Below, in pieces: positions 40,176 to 54,123 of a DNA stretch of 64,000 nt (positions within the stretch are counted from its first letter, which is position 1; every line of letters begins with the position of its first letter). Origin of the DNA: Octopus sinensis (Eukaryota); assembly GCF_006345805.1 (NCBI RefSeq), contig NC_042997.1, positions 105,214,001 to 105,278,000 of the forward strand, given 5' to 3'. The notes below the pieces were generated by a model. It was not told where the DNA came from. It did no database searches and saw nothing but the letters and a program-made list of their open reading frames with translations. The translations under genes and the position numbers were made by a program.

Positions 40176-42260
40176 ATGAAGTAAATAGAAACGGATACTC
40201 TGCTCATATATAACAGAAATATAATTACAAACACAAGCACACACGCACACAAATGCACACAGTGAAACACACATCACACAAGAATACAGAATCACGTCTG
40301 CATGTATAATAAAAACGTGCACCTGCATACGAATATGCTTGCGCGCGCTTACATGTATATGAATCGCAAACCTGTATGTCTGCGCATGCACGTATGTGTG
40401 TATGTGTGTATGTGTGTGTGTGTGTGTGTGAGTGTGTTTGTGTGTATGTATGTGTGTATTTGTGTGCGTGTGTGTGTTTGTGTGTATGTATGTATGTGTG
40501 TATTTGTGTGCGTAATCGCCGTGCATGGGTAGAATCCCGATAGTAATGCATTGGGTTACTGTTCCAGCCTCTTAAGTACCCAGTTCAAATCCTGCAAATG
40601 ATATCCACGCCGTCCAACTATCCCATGTCGAATGCAGAACTCACGTAACGCCTCTCCATATATTGTGGCCTTAAGCTAGAAATTGATGTGTGTGTTTATA
40701 TTGGAGTACACATACACGTCCGCGTACGCGAGCGTGCGTTGTCACACATATACATATACAAGAATCACTCTTCATCCAGAAACAACGTGACAAAATGTGG
40801 GTTTGAAGTGGCTGTATCTTTGAATAACAGGATAAATCTATGCGATGGGTAGAGTGAAAATTTCACGTCCTTCCTAGCGTTATGGAAGGAGTATAGCTAT
40901 GGTAAAGAACCCCTGGATAAGATGATTGATACACGTAAATGTACTTGTATATTAGATGAGAGACTTCATATAGCCAAAACAGATAGAGTATGCGTGTATA
41001 CTTCTCTAAATTTGCATGCATATATATATATGTATGTATACAAACACGCACACATATATACACACGCAACACATACATTAGTAATGTGTACAGTTAATGT
41101 TTAAATACTTTCGTCTATGCTACAGAAAGTGACAATTGCAAACGCCACGCAGTCGAATCAAGCCATGGACCTTGTAGTTGCAAAGCCTACACATTTACGC
41201 ACACACGCACCCTCATACACGCTCACACACGCACCGGTGTGCACACACTCACCTCCACACATACATGCAATCTACAGTTGTATCTATTCGATTCGCTAAA
41301 TTTCGAGAAAAATCACTGTCTGGCTAGAATGATTATTGACTGTTGATCGCAATGATCCAATGTATAACACATTTAGTTTTATAGATGACCTAGATAGGAA
41401 TATTCAGATTTTTTTGACATTAGTGGATGTAGTTAACAGCCACATTAGGTAAGGATATCCTCAAACATATGTTTGATATACATTTATGTAGAAACAAAGA
41501 TTAATCTAGGATTGAATATCGATTACAATTATGAATTTTAGACGAGTATCAATGTAGATATGAAGTATAAAATAAATAGAATGGCTCCTTACATGTAAAC
41601 AAATTCTTTTCTCACAACTCCGGTTTCATGCAACAGCAATCGTCGCACGGGATCTGCTTTACTTTTAATGTAATGAATAAGGAAATACTAGTAGCAGTGC
41701 TCGCCCGTTAACTGCGGTAGCGTATAACCAGAGTGTGATTACGAATGTGTGTGTGTGTATGTTTGTGTGTGTTTGTCTCTATGTACATGTGCATAGCATT
41801 TGTGTAGTATAGTATAAAAGATATGACATCTAACCGACGTATGACTATAGTTTGAGAGATATCAAGAATGCTGATTACATATAGAAACACGCTGTTCGAG
41901 AAGTGTGTTTCTTGTGAATCTTTGCAATGACAGTCACTTTTTATTTTTATCTTTATATTACATTTATTGTTTATATTTTTACATTCAGTACATCGTAAAC
42001 TCTAGTAATAAGTGGTTCTTTTTTTAAAATTAGTAATTTTTTTATACATTTGTATATCCTTTAGAGAAAATTAGGTGATTAGTCATACATACATATGTGC
42101 GTATGTGTGCATGTATGTATGTATGTATGTACATGTGTGTAATATTAGTAAAATTTTAGTGTTACTTGTTTTAACTGGCGTCTGTGACCAAGCTGAGGAA
42201 CTACACACATATGCACACACATGCGCACCCACATATATATATGTGTGTGTGTTGTGTGTG

Positions 42261-42315
<55 letters not shown>

Positions 42316-43900
42316 GTAAACATATATATGTGTGAGTAGGTGTGCGCGTGTAGAGATGCACACAGACACACATGCATACATGCATTGCTAGATAAATATT
42401 ATTCCATGAATCAGATTTGCGTATAAATCCATGTATGTATGCGTTTGAACGAATTCCTCAATAGCTTTCTTCTAGTATTTTTTTGTTGTCATTTTAATTG
42501 TGTGTGTATATATATTTATTTTGTGAAACGTTTTCTATTCTGTTTTTCCTATTTTTTCTTCCACAAATGAAAAAACAAACAAACACAGAGATATAATAAA
42601 ATATATAATACAATAAAATGAAAGAACCAATTTTTTCCCCTCCGTTTGTCCATTAAAATAGATTTGAATAAATTTTGGGCTCTTTTATTTGACCGGAATA
42701 TCCCGACTGGCATTTTGATCAGTTGCCACCTGCTCTCATATAAATTAATTTATCTTGTTCCAGCTGAAAAGAAGTTTGACATTTTTTTATAGTACATTCT
42801 AGATTTGTCTTTCTTTTACTTCGACATTTTGCTTTGGTTTTGTTGGTGCTATCAACGCGTATGTGTGTGTATGTGTGAATTTTATGTGTGTGTGCGTGCG
42901 TGCGTGTATATACGTATATTTGGTTTGGCATATTTCATTTATGTGCACAGCTTTCATTTGGTTATATAGATGCATACACACACACGCGCGGACACACACA
43001 CAAACACACATATATATGGATACGTACATACATACATATGCATATGCTGATATTTACTTTTTTTCTATTTTTCCAAATGAATAAAATGCATTCACTTTTT
43101 ATTCTGTCTTTTGTATCTTTTTCTCTTTATGTATGGGGAGCAATTTGTCTTTTTTGTCCTAAGTATTTATTGGACCAAGCTTCCATCTGTCAGTTCTGTA
43201 TTCTGTTCGACTCGTCAATCTACATTTTTTATTTTGTGCTATTTTCGTCTCTTTTTCTTCTCTCTTTCACTTTTACATTTTCCGTCCTTTCATACACCAG
43301 CAGAATGACAGCCCGCCGGGCGGTTTAGTGCTCGCCGCTAAATGATATTTACACGTTTGATTCTCAATTTGTGTAATTTTTATCTATTACACATTATTCT
43401 CCTTTGTATCCTTTATTCGTCTAATTATACTCACACGCTCAGTAAATATTCTTCCTGTATTTTATCGCAGTCTTAATTTCTATTTTTTAAACAAACTCAA
43501 GAGTAGTCTACCGGTGGTCGCTTATTATGCTAGAAATAGCAAGCACTACATGATTATATTCTAAGACGCATAACATATAAAACAGCCATACCATCAAATT
43601 TTCTTTTCCCAAATTATGCCGGTGTAGCGATTTCAAATTACCTTCCATTCCACTTATCCCCCGGTGATTTAAAATCGTGCTCAGATTACAGTGAGTCAGG
43701 AGGAAATGGTTCCAAATTATACCGGTACTACTTTGAAATCTATTTCACTCTAAGCCATATAATACTAGATTGGACCACTAGAAATCTTACCCCAAATGTA
43801 AGTCAACTTATTGGCAAACAAGTGAATTATCATTATGATAGTGTTATTTGTTTTCATCATCATCATCATGAAAATAATCATCATTATTATTATTATTATT

Positions 43901-43971
<71 letters not shown>

Positions 43972-43979
43972 CATTATTA

Positions 43980-44016
<37 letters not shown>

Positions 44017-44044
44017 CGTTGTTGTTGTTGTTGTTGTTTTTGTT

Positions 44045-44255
44045 AAGACAGCGAAGTTGGCAGAATCGTTAGCACGCCGGGAATAATGCTTAGCGGTATT
44101 TCGTCCGTCTTTACATCATGAGTTCAAATTCCGTAGAGGGTGACCTTTCATCCTTTTGGGGTCGATAAAATAAGTACAAGTTGAACACTGGGTTCGATGT
44201 AATCGACATACCCACTCCCTTGCTTGCTGGTCTTGTGCTAAAATTTGAAACCATC
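44045..44255 (+). mobile_element. SINE family B
   Basis: tggcagaatcgttagcacgccggg..gagttcaaattcc..ggggtcgataaaataagtac. Confidence 0.85.
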
Positions 44256-45587
44256 ATTATTATTATTACTTATTTTATATTTTTCTGTAATTTATAATAG
44301 CTAACAATAATTATATTTTATAAGTAACTTCTGAAAAACCTCAGAGGAGAAGGAAGATAAAGAGTTAGATCAGTAATCAATTCGCAGATATTTCTCTTTC
44401 CGTGTACGTATTGGGTACATGTGTGTTTGTATTTAAATGCATAACGTTTTTACTGACTTCTCTGTAACTTGAAATCGTGTCTAGATGGGTCAAGGTTGAA
44501 ATCGAAATTAGAGGAAAATTAAACTAATTACTATTCATAGCAGATTCTAGTAATTTAAACCGCTATGAAATGCTTTGAAGTGTAGTCTGTTCGTTATGTT
44601 ACAGCCAAATTGTATGTATGGATATAGATATACATTCATATGTTACATTTATATGTGTGCCGGACGATGTAGTGTCACTTGTGCAAAGTATCATATATTA
44701 CGAAACAGTTGTTGACTAATGGGGTAAGCATCCATTCTCTCACTTCACTTCTCTTGTATGGCTAAATTTTATACAAATTATCCACCACTGCATATCCTGG
44801 ATTTTCAGAACGATAGTGAAATTTCAGAACGACGGTGAAATTACATGTAAGTATGAACCACGGTTTTTTCTTTACAGCTACGCACCAGGCTGGAAGCATA
44901 TGAAATTTGATTCTTCGAATCCTTAATTTTTAGTATACATAATTATATATGTGTGTGTGTGTTTGTGTGTATATGTAAGAATGTATTATGTATGTGTGTA
45001 TGTATCTATGCATGTACGTATGTCTATATGTATGTACGTATGTATGTATGTATGTATGTATGTATGTATGTATGTATGTATGTATGTATGTATGTATGTA
45101 TGTGTGTGTGTGCGTATGTATGTATATATGTATGTATGTACATATGTATATGTGTATGTATACATCAGAAATGCATCTTTTAATTGTTTCAGTAACTGGA
45201 CAGCGGCTACACTTGGATACATTGATGGATTTAGGCGAACAAATCGATCGCTAGATTTTATTTTTAAGTTTGGAATCTATTACGTCGGTTGCCTTTTTGT
45301 TGAACCGTTAAGTTATGGGGACATACACAAACGAACACAGGTTTTCATACGGTGGCGGGGGACCAAGTGAAACAAAAAGACAAACATAAACATAAATATG
45401 TAATGTATGTATCTTTGTAGATATATGTAATTTTCTCCCCCTCTCTCTCTCACACACACACGATCTGTGTATATATATATATATACATACATGCATACAT
45501 ACATATTCATACATAAATGTATGTATGTATGTATGTGTATGTATGTATGTATGTATGTATGTATGTATGTATGTATGAAGGTATATA

Positions 45588-45790
45588 GGCTAGTGTCAAC
45601 GTGTTGCACTCACGATCGTGTCACCGTGGTTTCGATTCTTGTACTGGTCTGTGAGTTGTACTCTCGAAGAAAACACTTCATTTCATGATGCTACCGTTCA
45701 TTCAACAGTAAATTGGTAACCGTGCAGCGGACGGATGTTCTATTAAGAAAGATAATTGATCTGCCCTCCTAGCCAGCAATGTGGCATCTT
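45588..45790 (+). mobile_element. Decayed SINE (family D-like)
   Basis: tRNA-like head (ggtttcgattc) followed by aaaacacttcatttc. Confidence 0.5.
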
Positions 45791-46065
45791 TTCATGAAGA
45801 GCAGCTGTGTATATTATAACTACATTCGATAGCCTGGTCGATATGTATATATTTATGACTGGCTTCCACAAAGTTCCCATTTACAAAACTCACGCAGAAG
45901 GCATTATATTGACTCTGGTATCTCACATGAGATACTTGCCCATGGTGCCACGCTGTGGAACTGAGCCGCAAAATACGTGGATGCAAAGAAAGTTTCTTAA
46001 CCATACAGCTACGTCTGTATGTAAAATACATATACTAATATAAAATACATATACTAATATATATG

Positions 46066-46186
<121 letters not shown>

Positions 46187-46203
46187 CATACATAACTATA
46201 TAT

Positions 46204-46258
<55 letters not shown>

Positions 46259-47132
46259 TATGTATGTATGTATGTATATACAATACACCGCAAGTTACAT
46301 TTTTTACGCTCTACCAACTATGGCACTCACTAACCTAACATTACTAAACATAGTAACAATATACAAAAAGCATCAAGTTCAAGTTGACCTCAGTAAATAA
46401 TTTAAAATCTGATCAAAACGCTACTTCACTTTGCTTATATCATTAAAGCCTGAGGGGAAAATCATATAGTTTCAACTTCCAATTACTTTGCTATAATTAC
46501 ACGGAATGAGTGTCCAATCAAAGTAAACAGATTATATAAATTATATGTTCTTAGGAAAGTTAAATTACCGCATAGAGAATGAAATGAATTCCCAGCAGAT
46601 ATGTCGAGATTTGAAATATGCTATAGAACTTTATTTATTTATTTATTTATTTATAATTAGTGCCGAATTTTTTAAAGCTATTCTTAAATTTGTACGGAAT
46701 AGAGATGAATAAATACTGTACAGAACGTGAACCAAATGACCTGCTAGAAACTTGAACTAAATCTTTCATGATTCACCCGCCAAATATTTTAGAATGAAGG
46801 AAAAATATATAGCTATTGTCTTAAACAGACAAACATATGTACAAACAATAATAATTATATAATGTACACGTCCATTTTGTATGATCAGTGATTTGCCAGC
46901 TGGTCGCAGCTTATCGGTTTACTAGAGCCAATAAGAAAAGACATCAACCCGAATAGATCTTTCTTTCAGAGTTCCAATGCTTTTAATGAAATACTAAAAT
47001 ATCTAATTAGTAAATAGAAATATTATTTTATTAAGCAAAATATCTTCCTACACATTCTTATTTCTTAGAAAATATATGAAATATAAAGTTAAATTAAACG
47101 TATTTTAAAGTATATTTATGAAAAATTCTTTT

Positions 47133-47299
47133 CTACTCTAGGCACAAGGTCCGAAATCTTTGGTGAGATGGCCAGTCGATTAGATCGACCCCAGTACGCA
47201 ACTGGTACTTAATTTAACGATCCCGAAAGGATGAAAGGCAAAATCGACCTCGGAAAAACACGCCGTAGTTATTTTCGACACGTCATGCTTATCTGTTGT

Positions 47300-47355
<56 letters not shown>

Positions 47356-47371
47356 ATATGTGTGTGTGTGT

Positions 47372-47412
<41 letters not shown>

Positions 47413-47483
47413 CAACAGATAAGCATGACGTGTGGAAAATAACTGCGGCGTGTTTTTCCGAGGTCGACTTTGCCTTTCATCCT
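47133..47483. repeat. Partial family B SINE with a 75-nt inverted duplication flanking an (AT)n(GT)n tract
   Basis: 47228-47302 is the imperfect reverse complement of 47409-47483. Confidence 0.85.
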
Positions 47484-48193
47484 ATACATATATAGTTCGA
47501 AGAAATATCAGAGATGCTTTGCCCCATGCAAGAATTACAAGAGCTACTCAGAAGCTTTGCAAGCTCGTCTAAATCCATTGCAATGCTGGAAACTCTTCTC
47601 TATCGTCAGCAGGCATCTCTGGGTTGCAAATGCTTTGCCGCTTACCTTTTACGCTTCGTCTGCGTGGTGCAGCGAGAACTGAACAAGTCTTCCCTGTGAG
47701 ATAGTTTCAGCTGCTGTGCCTGTCTCCTTGATGGTTTTATTCAGTTGACTAGGTTCCATAGCTATCTCCTGCTTCTCAATTGAAAATAATTTTTTCAGTT
47801 TTTTAGTGTGAATACCTTATTCAATTCAAAATAGCTATTTTTCTATTGACGTTATTTCCACTATATCTTACAACTTCACCTTTTAGGTTACATGGAAGTA
47901 TATATAATATACATAAGACGTAGCACTTTTATCCAACCACAAATTTCATCTGTTCAGGTTTCTTCACCGCTTTTTTCATCTCCACCTTGTTCCTTCTACA
48001 TTTATCGATTTCTTATACTGGAAAAGGTCATACATTTTAGGTAGATGGTTAGTTTTAATTAAACTACCTTAGTATTTGGCTTCTGCATATCTAGCGCTGA
48101 AAGCGACAGTATTTGACATCAGATCGTAAAGATACTTACATTATTTACATTATTTACATTTGAGGGATATTTGTCCTCATCTTGTTTGTTGTT

Positions 48194-48239
48194 AACACAA
48201 CGTTTCGGCTGATATACCCTTCAGCCTTCATCAGCTGTC
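48194..48239 (-). ncRNA. Minimal type I hammerhead motif (core intact)
   Basis: gacag CTGATGA a ggctg-aagggtatat-cagcc GAAAC GT T gtgtt. 5-bp helix II, extra A after A9, loopless palindromic helix III (ACGU), G.G mismatch at the first helix I pair. Confidence 0.65.
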
Positions 48240-48286
48240 TTGGGGAAATTTCGAACCTGGGTTCTCATTCCTAAGGTATATTTCGA

Positions 48287-48338
<52 letters not shown>

Positions 48339-48477
48339 TTATTATTATTATTATTGTTGTTGTTGTTGTTGTTGTTGTTGTTCAGGTCACCGCTTGAAAT
48401 CGAACTCGGAATCTTGGGGTTAGTAGCTCGCGCTCTTAAGCACTACCCATATGCCCGTGTTCGATTCTAGGCAGTGA

Positions 48478-48546
<69 letters not shown>

Positions 48547-48598
48547 CAACATCGAAAAATACCTTAGGAATAAGAATTCTGGTTCGAAATTTCCCCAA

Positions 48599-48644
48599 GA
48601 CACCTGATGATGGCTGGAGGGTATATCAGCCGATACGTTGTGTT
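48599..48644 (+). ncRNA. Minimal type I hammerhead motif (A14U core mutation)
   Basis: gacac CTGATGA t ggctg-gagggtatat-cagcc GATAC GT T gtgtt. Helix I gacac/gtgtt is intact but GAAA is mutated to GATA. Confidence 0.6.
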
Positions 48645-51099
48645 AACAACAAACAAGATGAGGACAAGTATCCGTCAAATGTAAATAATGTAAATAATGT
48701 ATATAATTCTTCATCTCTTAAATATAGAACTGTAAAAGTACTTAATTATGTGCATTAACGTATTTGGTTCGATGCTGTTGTTACTCTGCCAATGTACTAT
48801 TCCAATTATTTAACATAATAAAGTAATAGTCACAAAACTTTGTCAATATATGAAGTTACTGGGAATTTGTTAGAGTCATTATCTGAAGCATTGAATAGAT
48901 TGACTGAAGTTGTTTGTTACGACTCTGCGATTTCTAGGTTCAGATCCTCCAAGGCCAACATTGAATTTTATCCCTGTGAGGTCGATAAATGAATTACAAG
49001 TCAAAGTAGGAGGACTGGCAGATTTGCTAGATAGTTGGACAAGATGTTTGCGATATATGCCCTGTTTCTTCACCTCTTCTCTGTAAAGCCAGCGACATAT
49101 TGCAGCACCTGTGTCAGCTCTGAGATAATATCTGTTGGGTGAAGAAGTGAGATCTGTACGATTAGCCAACTGCTGATTATCTATTAACCAATATGTTACC
49201 CAGACCTATGTATTGGAAATATACTTTCTAGATGCCAATCTATAGTCCCTCAAGCCGTACGAAATAGAATAAAACATTTTTTTATTATTACAGAAGTAAT
49301 AATATTTATTGAAAAATAGTCTGCACTACTTAATATATATTAGTCCTCATCTAAAACCATCAAGCCAATATACAAAGTGAAAAGTCTTCTTGTTGTTGTC
49401 ATCTGTGCAAAACCAGTTGATTGCGTTTTTATGTACCCCGGGCCCTTTGAACCTGTATACATTTCTCTTGTATAATATAATTTGCAACGAGTAACAGATG
49501 AAGATATGCTGTCGAAGATGACAAGCAGGATTTGAAATTGGTTATTAACCAACAGAAATTTATCACTATTCAGCGCATTAATATCTATGCCACCCTTACA
49601 GACATAGATATCGCAATATATTGTATTAAGTAGATAGTAATAATAACGACTTCAAATCTGGATACAAGACCTGCAATTTTAGGGAGTGAGGTGGAGTAGT
49701 TCCGCGATTACATATGTTATGATTTAAGTTGAAATATTTTCGAAATAATTTATGATTGTAGTTAAGCAAAGTCCTATGTTATGTACTTGAGAGGATTAAC
49801 AATGTTGGATGGACAATAGTCGTGCTCATGCAACCTCAAGTAAGAATCAAATCAATTCTATAAATGTTTCCCAAGCCCACCATGCCAAGCAAGCTTGGAG
49901 CTTATTCCCCTATATAAGTTTTTGCTTTTTTACATTTTGACAAGAAATATGAGCAGCTATTTAAAAAGAAGTGTAGTTGATGTAAGAAATTTTACATTAA
50001 GTTGTAACTAGTTGTTTCCGTTCAAACAGGCTTCAATGTGACTAATTATACAGAGTTTAATTAGGGATGATATAAACGTATTCAAGAATGAAGAAAGGAA
50101 AGGAAACCTTACTATTTATCCAATAGCCTCAAGTGTTTAATAGGTACAACCGATTGAAACGGTTGGCAATAATTAGTACAGTCTGCTTTGGTTGTTGTTC
50201 TTGTTGTTATGTTAGTAGGGGTTGTATATATATTTTTCCTTTTTCTTTTTTGTTTTCTTTTTACTGTAAGAAATTCCGCAACTGTGTTAGCCCGCTGAAA
50301 TATGAGTTACCTTGTAGCACCCGTTTACAGCGTGAGAGGAAGTTTACTCTATTAATTCTATAAAGTGAACATAAACAACCGCGGTGGACATTAATTTGTT
50401 AATGCTTCAAATAAAACTTACAGTTTTGATAACTGAATTTACAACATAACCTTTTGCTCTTGTCCATTTCTTTCTCACTATCGTCCTGACATTTGCTCTC
50501 TTTCTACTCCAAATCATACTTTCTCTTTTTCTTTAATTTACTTATTTTTCACTTTTTTATTAACCTAACGTTCTCTTCTTTCACATTTTCAGCAATCTTC
50601 CTTCTAAACATCTCTTTTATCGGATCCCTATACTCTTTCCCTTTGCATCTATTGCTGGTAACGTATTTTATTATACCATTTCACTCTTTTTCTTTCTCTC
50701 GCTCTCTTTCGTTTCTTTTCTCAATTACTCAGTCCCAGTCTTATAAATTTCTTTCACGAACGCCTATACTTCCCTCCTTTCGTTGAATTCCACCTCTCCT
50801 TCCCACTTCTTAGCTGATAAAAACCAGAATCAGATAACCTCCTATATGTTATATGAAGGCCGGAAATCTCTGCTTACACCGACAGATTTCAGGATATATC
50901 TAAGTTTAGGGTCTGGTCAAGCGTAAAGTGTTGTCGTACTCTTACACAACTAACGATCTAGAAAATGTTGAAAGAACTATTAAACGGAAGGAAATATTTG
51001 ACGATAAAATACTAATTAAGCTAATCCCTTGCTTTTAAATCAAAATATCAAAATTAATATCACACACACACACATACATATATGCATACATACACATAT

Positions 51100-51162
<63 letters not shown>

Positions 51163-52534
51163 GCTTGTGAATGTATATAAATATATATATGCGAGTATAT
51201 TTCAGCAGAACACATTTAAAAACGATGAATACGTGTATAAAATGAGTATGTATATAGAAACGATATGTATATTTCCTCATTGCTTTTTTACATGTTCTCA
51301 TTAGCTTCCATTAACAACATAGCTAATAATGAAACGAGAGGAGGTATACACCCCTTATGTGCTGGTGTAATACCACCAGTGATTCAGTTTATTGCCATTG
51401 ACGACAATGACGATGATGATGATGATGATGATGATGATAATGATGATGATGATGATGATGATGATGACGACGACGACGACGACGACGACGATGATGATGA
51501 TGATTTGATATGTGATATAAAACACATGTGGAATATCATAAGATATTTCCACAAGTAATAAGTATATATTCACTCAATGAACATTATTTCAAGCGCAGCT
51601 AAAATATATATAGTCAGAATTTTGGTTTTTTTTTTTCTTTTTCAGTCAAACGAATTATTTTGTAATTAATAGAATTATGGTGTAAAATAATGTCTAAATG
51701 TGCAATACAATAGCCTTCTTCATACTGATAATGATCGCTATTCGCGTTTGCACAGAGATGAAACATAACATAGCGTTAAAATCCTCATTTATTTTATACT
51801 GCATAATACTAAAATAGTATCACTGTTAGTTAAGCATTTAAATTGTCATTACACAAAATTGCGCTCTTGTGAAGTCTGCTGGAATCTGATTAAATCAATG
51901 AAACAACTGAACTACTACGGATTTCATAATCATAAAAATTGAAAACATGATATAATTGTTACTAGAGTAAATATCACAAGGCCTTCACGAGAAGGGTGGT
52001 ACTACTTATATTTAGGACACAGTCAATTACTTAACTCCAGACAGCTGCTTACGTGCTATGCTAGGCACAGGTGTATTTCCCACACGTCTGTACTTCACAT
52101 ATCTAAGAAAGAGTAGTTTTCAAAAACAAAAACACTGTAGATTATATCCTGTAAAACATCTAAAGCTTCAATTTTTATTCGTTACACAACCAATTGCAGG
52201 CTCTGTTTTCCTGTAGAGGCAGATTTTTGCTCGTTTGGAAGGAGCAAGTTATGTACTCTTTTCTAGCCAATCAACCCGAACTACGCATTTCTCCCCGAAT
52301 CATTAATTTTAATGTAAAATTTCAATAAAACTCGGCCACAAACGCTTTGTTGAAACATTAATTGCTAAGAGTGAAACTCAGTTTTTGTTAATTTTTTCCC
52401 TACTACTCAGAAGTTTGTCTGTCTTTCTTTTTGTCCGTTTGTCTCTCTCTCGCAATGCATTTATACATTCACACATGCATATGTGCAGACACACACACTC
52501 ACATATAGTATATATGGTTATATATTGTTTTTCT

Positions 52535-52807
52535 TCGACCCTTCTCGAGCCATAAGGGCTGATTTCCCGGTTTCCTTGGCGTATAGGCTCCCCCGATCCG
52601 TCGTAGGTGAGCTGCATGATGTCGGAGGAAAGAGTGAGAGAAAGTTGTGGCGAAAGAGTCAGCAGAAGTTCGCCATTACCTTCTGCCGGAGCCGCGTGGG
52701 TCTTAGGTGTTTCGCTCATAAACACACACATCGCTTGGCTTGAGATTCGAACCCGCGATCCCTCGACCGCGAATTCGCTGCTCTAACCATTAGGCCATGT
52801 GCCTCCA
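52535..52807 (-). mobile_element. SINE family C variant with an alternative 3' tail
   Basis: Head and body resemble the 14424 copy up to gagtgagagaaagttgtggcgaaagag, then a different tail (cagctcacctacgacggatc..gaaaccgggaaatcagcccttatggctcgag). Confidence 0.8.
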
Positions 52808-53529
52808 CATGGTTATATATAGGGAGCATCTCTTCGATTACAAACATTTAACGAAATAATAAGATGTTTGAAACATGTCATTTTTCTTTGTTTTTTTCTT
52901 TCTTTTTGAAAATGTTCTCCTTAATTTGTCTCTCTCTTTATCTCTCTCCTCCTCTGTCTATCTGCCTGTTTGTCTCTTTCTCTCTCTCTCTCTCTCTCTC
53001 TTCTCTCTTTCCACATAGAGATATCAACATACACACACGCACAAACTGACGCGAGCACACACACATGCACTTGCATACACATATATTCCCATACACGCCT
53101 ATTTCAGTTACAGTCGGTCTCATAAATGATTCAAATGATATGTAACACATTGGCAAAAGAAGCGGAGACCACTTGCATCAATTATGGAAATAGTGACAAA
53201 TGTCTGTAATTTAAAGGTAAAACGATAACAGTTTTATTACACACTTTCTTCGAATCATCGTTTTGTATTTTATTTCAATGAGTTTAATTATTGCGTTTTT
53301 TCCTTCAGGAAATAATCAGTGAAATAAATATCACTAACACTTAATTTCTGGGACAGCAGATGCTACGTAAAGCACCATTTCAATCACCCTGGGCGGGGGT
53401 GCTGCGCAAGAAGCACCACCGAATCCTGCTAGTGCTATTACACGACACAGTTGCAACCATATATATGTGTATGTGTGTGTGTGTCTGTGTGTGTGTGTGT
53501 GTGCGTGCGTGTGCGCGTGTGTGTGTATG

Positions 53530-53557
<28 letters not shown>

Positions 53558-53560
<3 letters not shown>

Positions 53561-53684
53561 GTGAGTTACAAGTATTGTTATCTGTGAAGTAATATCTGTA
53601 GTTAAAAGGAATAAGATGTCTTTAGCTGCTATTTCTAAATTTTCGGTATGTGGTTAAGCAACTTCTTGCTTAACCCTCAATTAT

Positions 53685-53715
<31 letters not shown>

Positions 53716-53718
53716 CAT

Positions 53719-53780
<62 letters not shown>

Positions 53781-54024
53781 AAATAAATGTGTATATAGAA
53801 GATGATTGGTTCATCTTGACAAATGATAACCGGCCCATCAGCGCACACACTACGCCCCATCATACAGTATCTGTGTGTAGTGTGTGTGTGTGTGTGTATA
53901 ATTGAGGGTTAAGCAACAAGTTGCTTAACCACATCCCGTAAAGTTAGAAATAGCAGCCAAAGACAGCTTATTCCTTTTAACTACAGATATTACTTCACAG
54001 ATAACAATACTTGTAACTCACATA
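53558..54024. repeat. Inverted repeat (arms ~140 nt); a third partial copy at 54449-54519
   Basis: gtgagttacaagtattgttatctgtgaagtaatatctgtag.. is mirrored at 53880-54024 with several substitutions. Confidence 0.88.
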
Positions 54025-54065
54025 GGCAAAAGAAGAAAATAACGAAATCAAACAGTCTTCGATTA

Positions 54066-54123
54066 ATTGTGGACGCGTTTCTGGGTTAGAATTATACAAA
54101 TTCACTCCTGTCATCAGCACAAT
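54066..54123 (-). ncRNA. Minimal PLE-type type I hammerhead motif
   Basis: Minus strand: attgtg CTGATGA caggagt-gaatt-tgtat-aattc-taaccca GAAAC GC GT C cacaat. 6-bp helix I, palindromic ACGCGU helix III, GUC triplet. The base of helix II is decayed. Confidence 0.7.

Larger units (their letters stand above)
48137..48730. mobile_element. Inverted pair of a tRNA-headed SINE-like element with a hammerhead-bearing tail
   Basis: Minus copy 48456->48137 has a tRNA-like head (A-box-like tgggtagtgcttaag, B-box-like gagttcgatttc), (AAT)n, body and HHR. Plus copy 48459->~48730 is 5'-truncated at the B box. Confidence 0.82.

Noticed and set aside
44801-44845. ~20-nt direct repeat tttcagaacga..gtgaaatt
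   Set aside because: Only two copies, consistent with simple slippage duplication.
47490-47790. Possible exon (61-aa plus ORF; minus-strand AAG|GTAAGC donor)
   Set aside because: No recognisable protein, and no neighbouring exons to build a gene. Needs RNA-seq.
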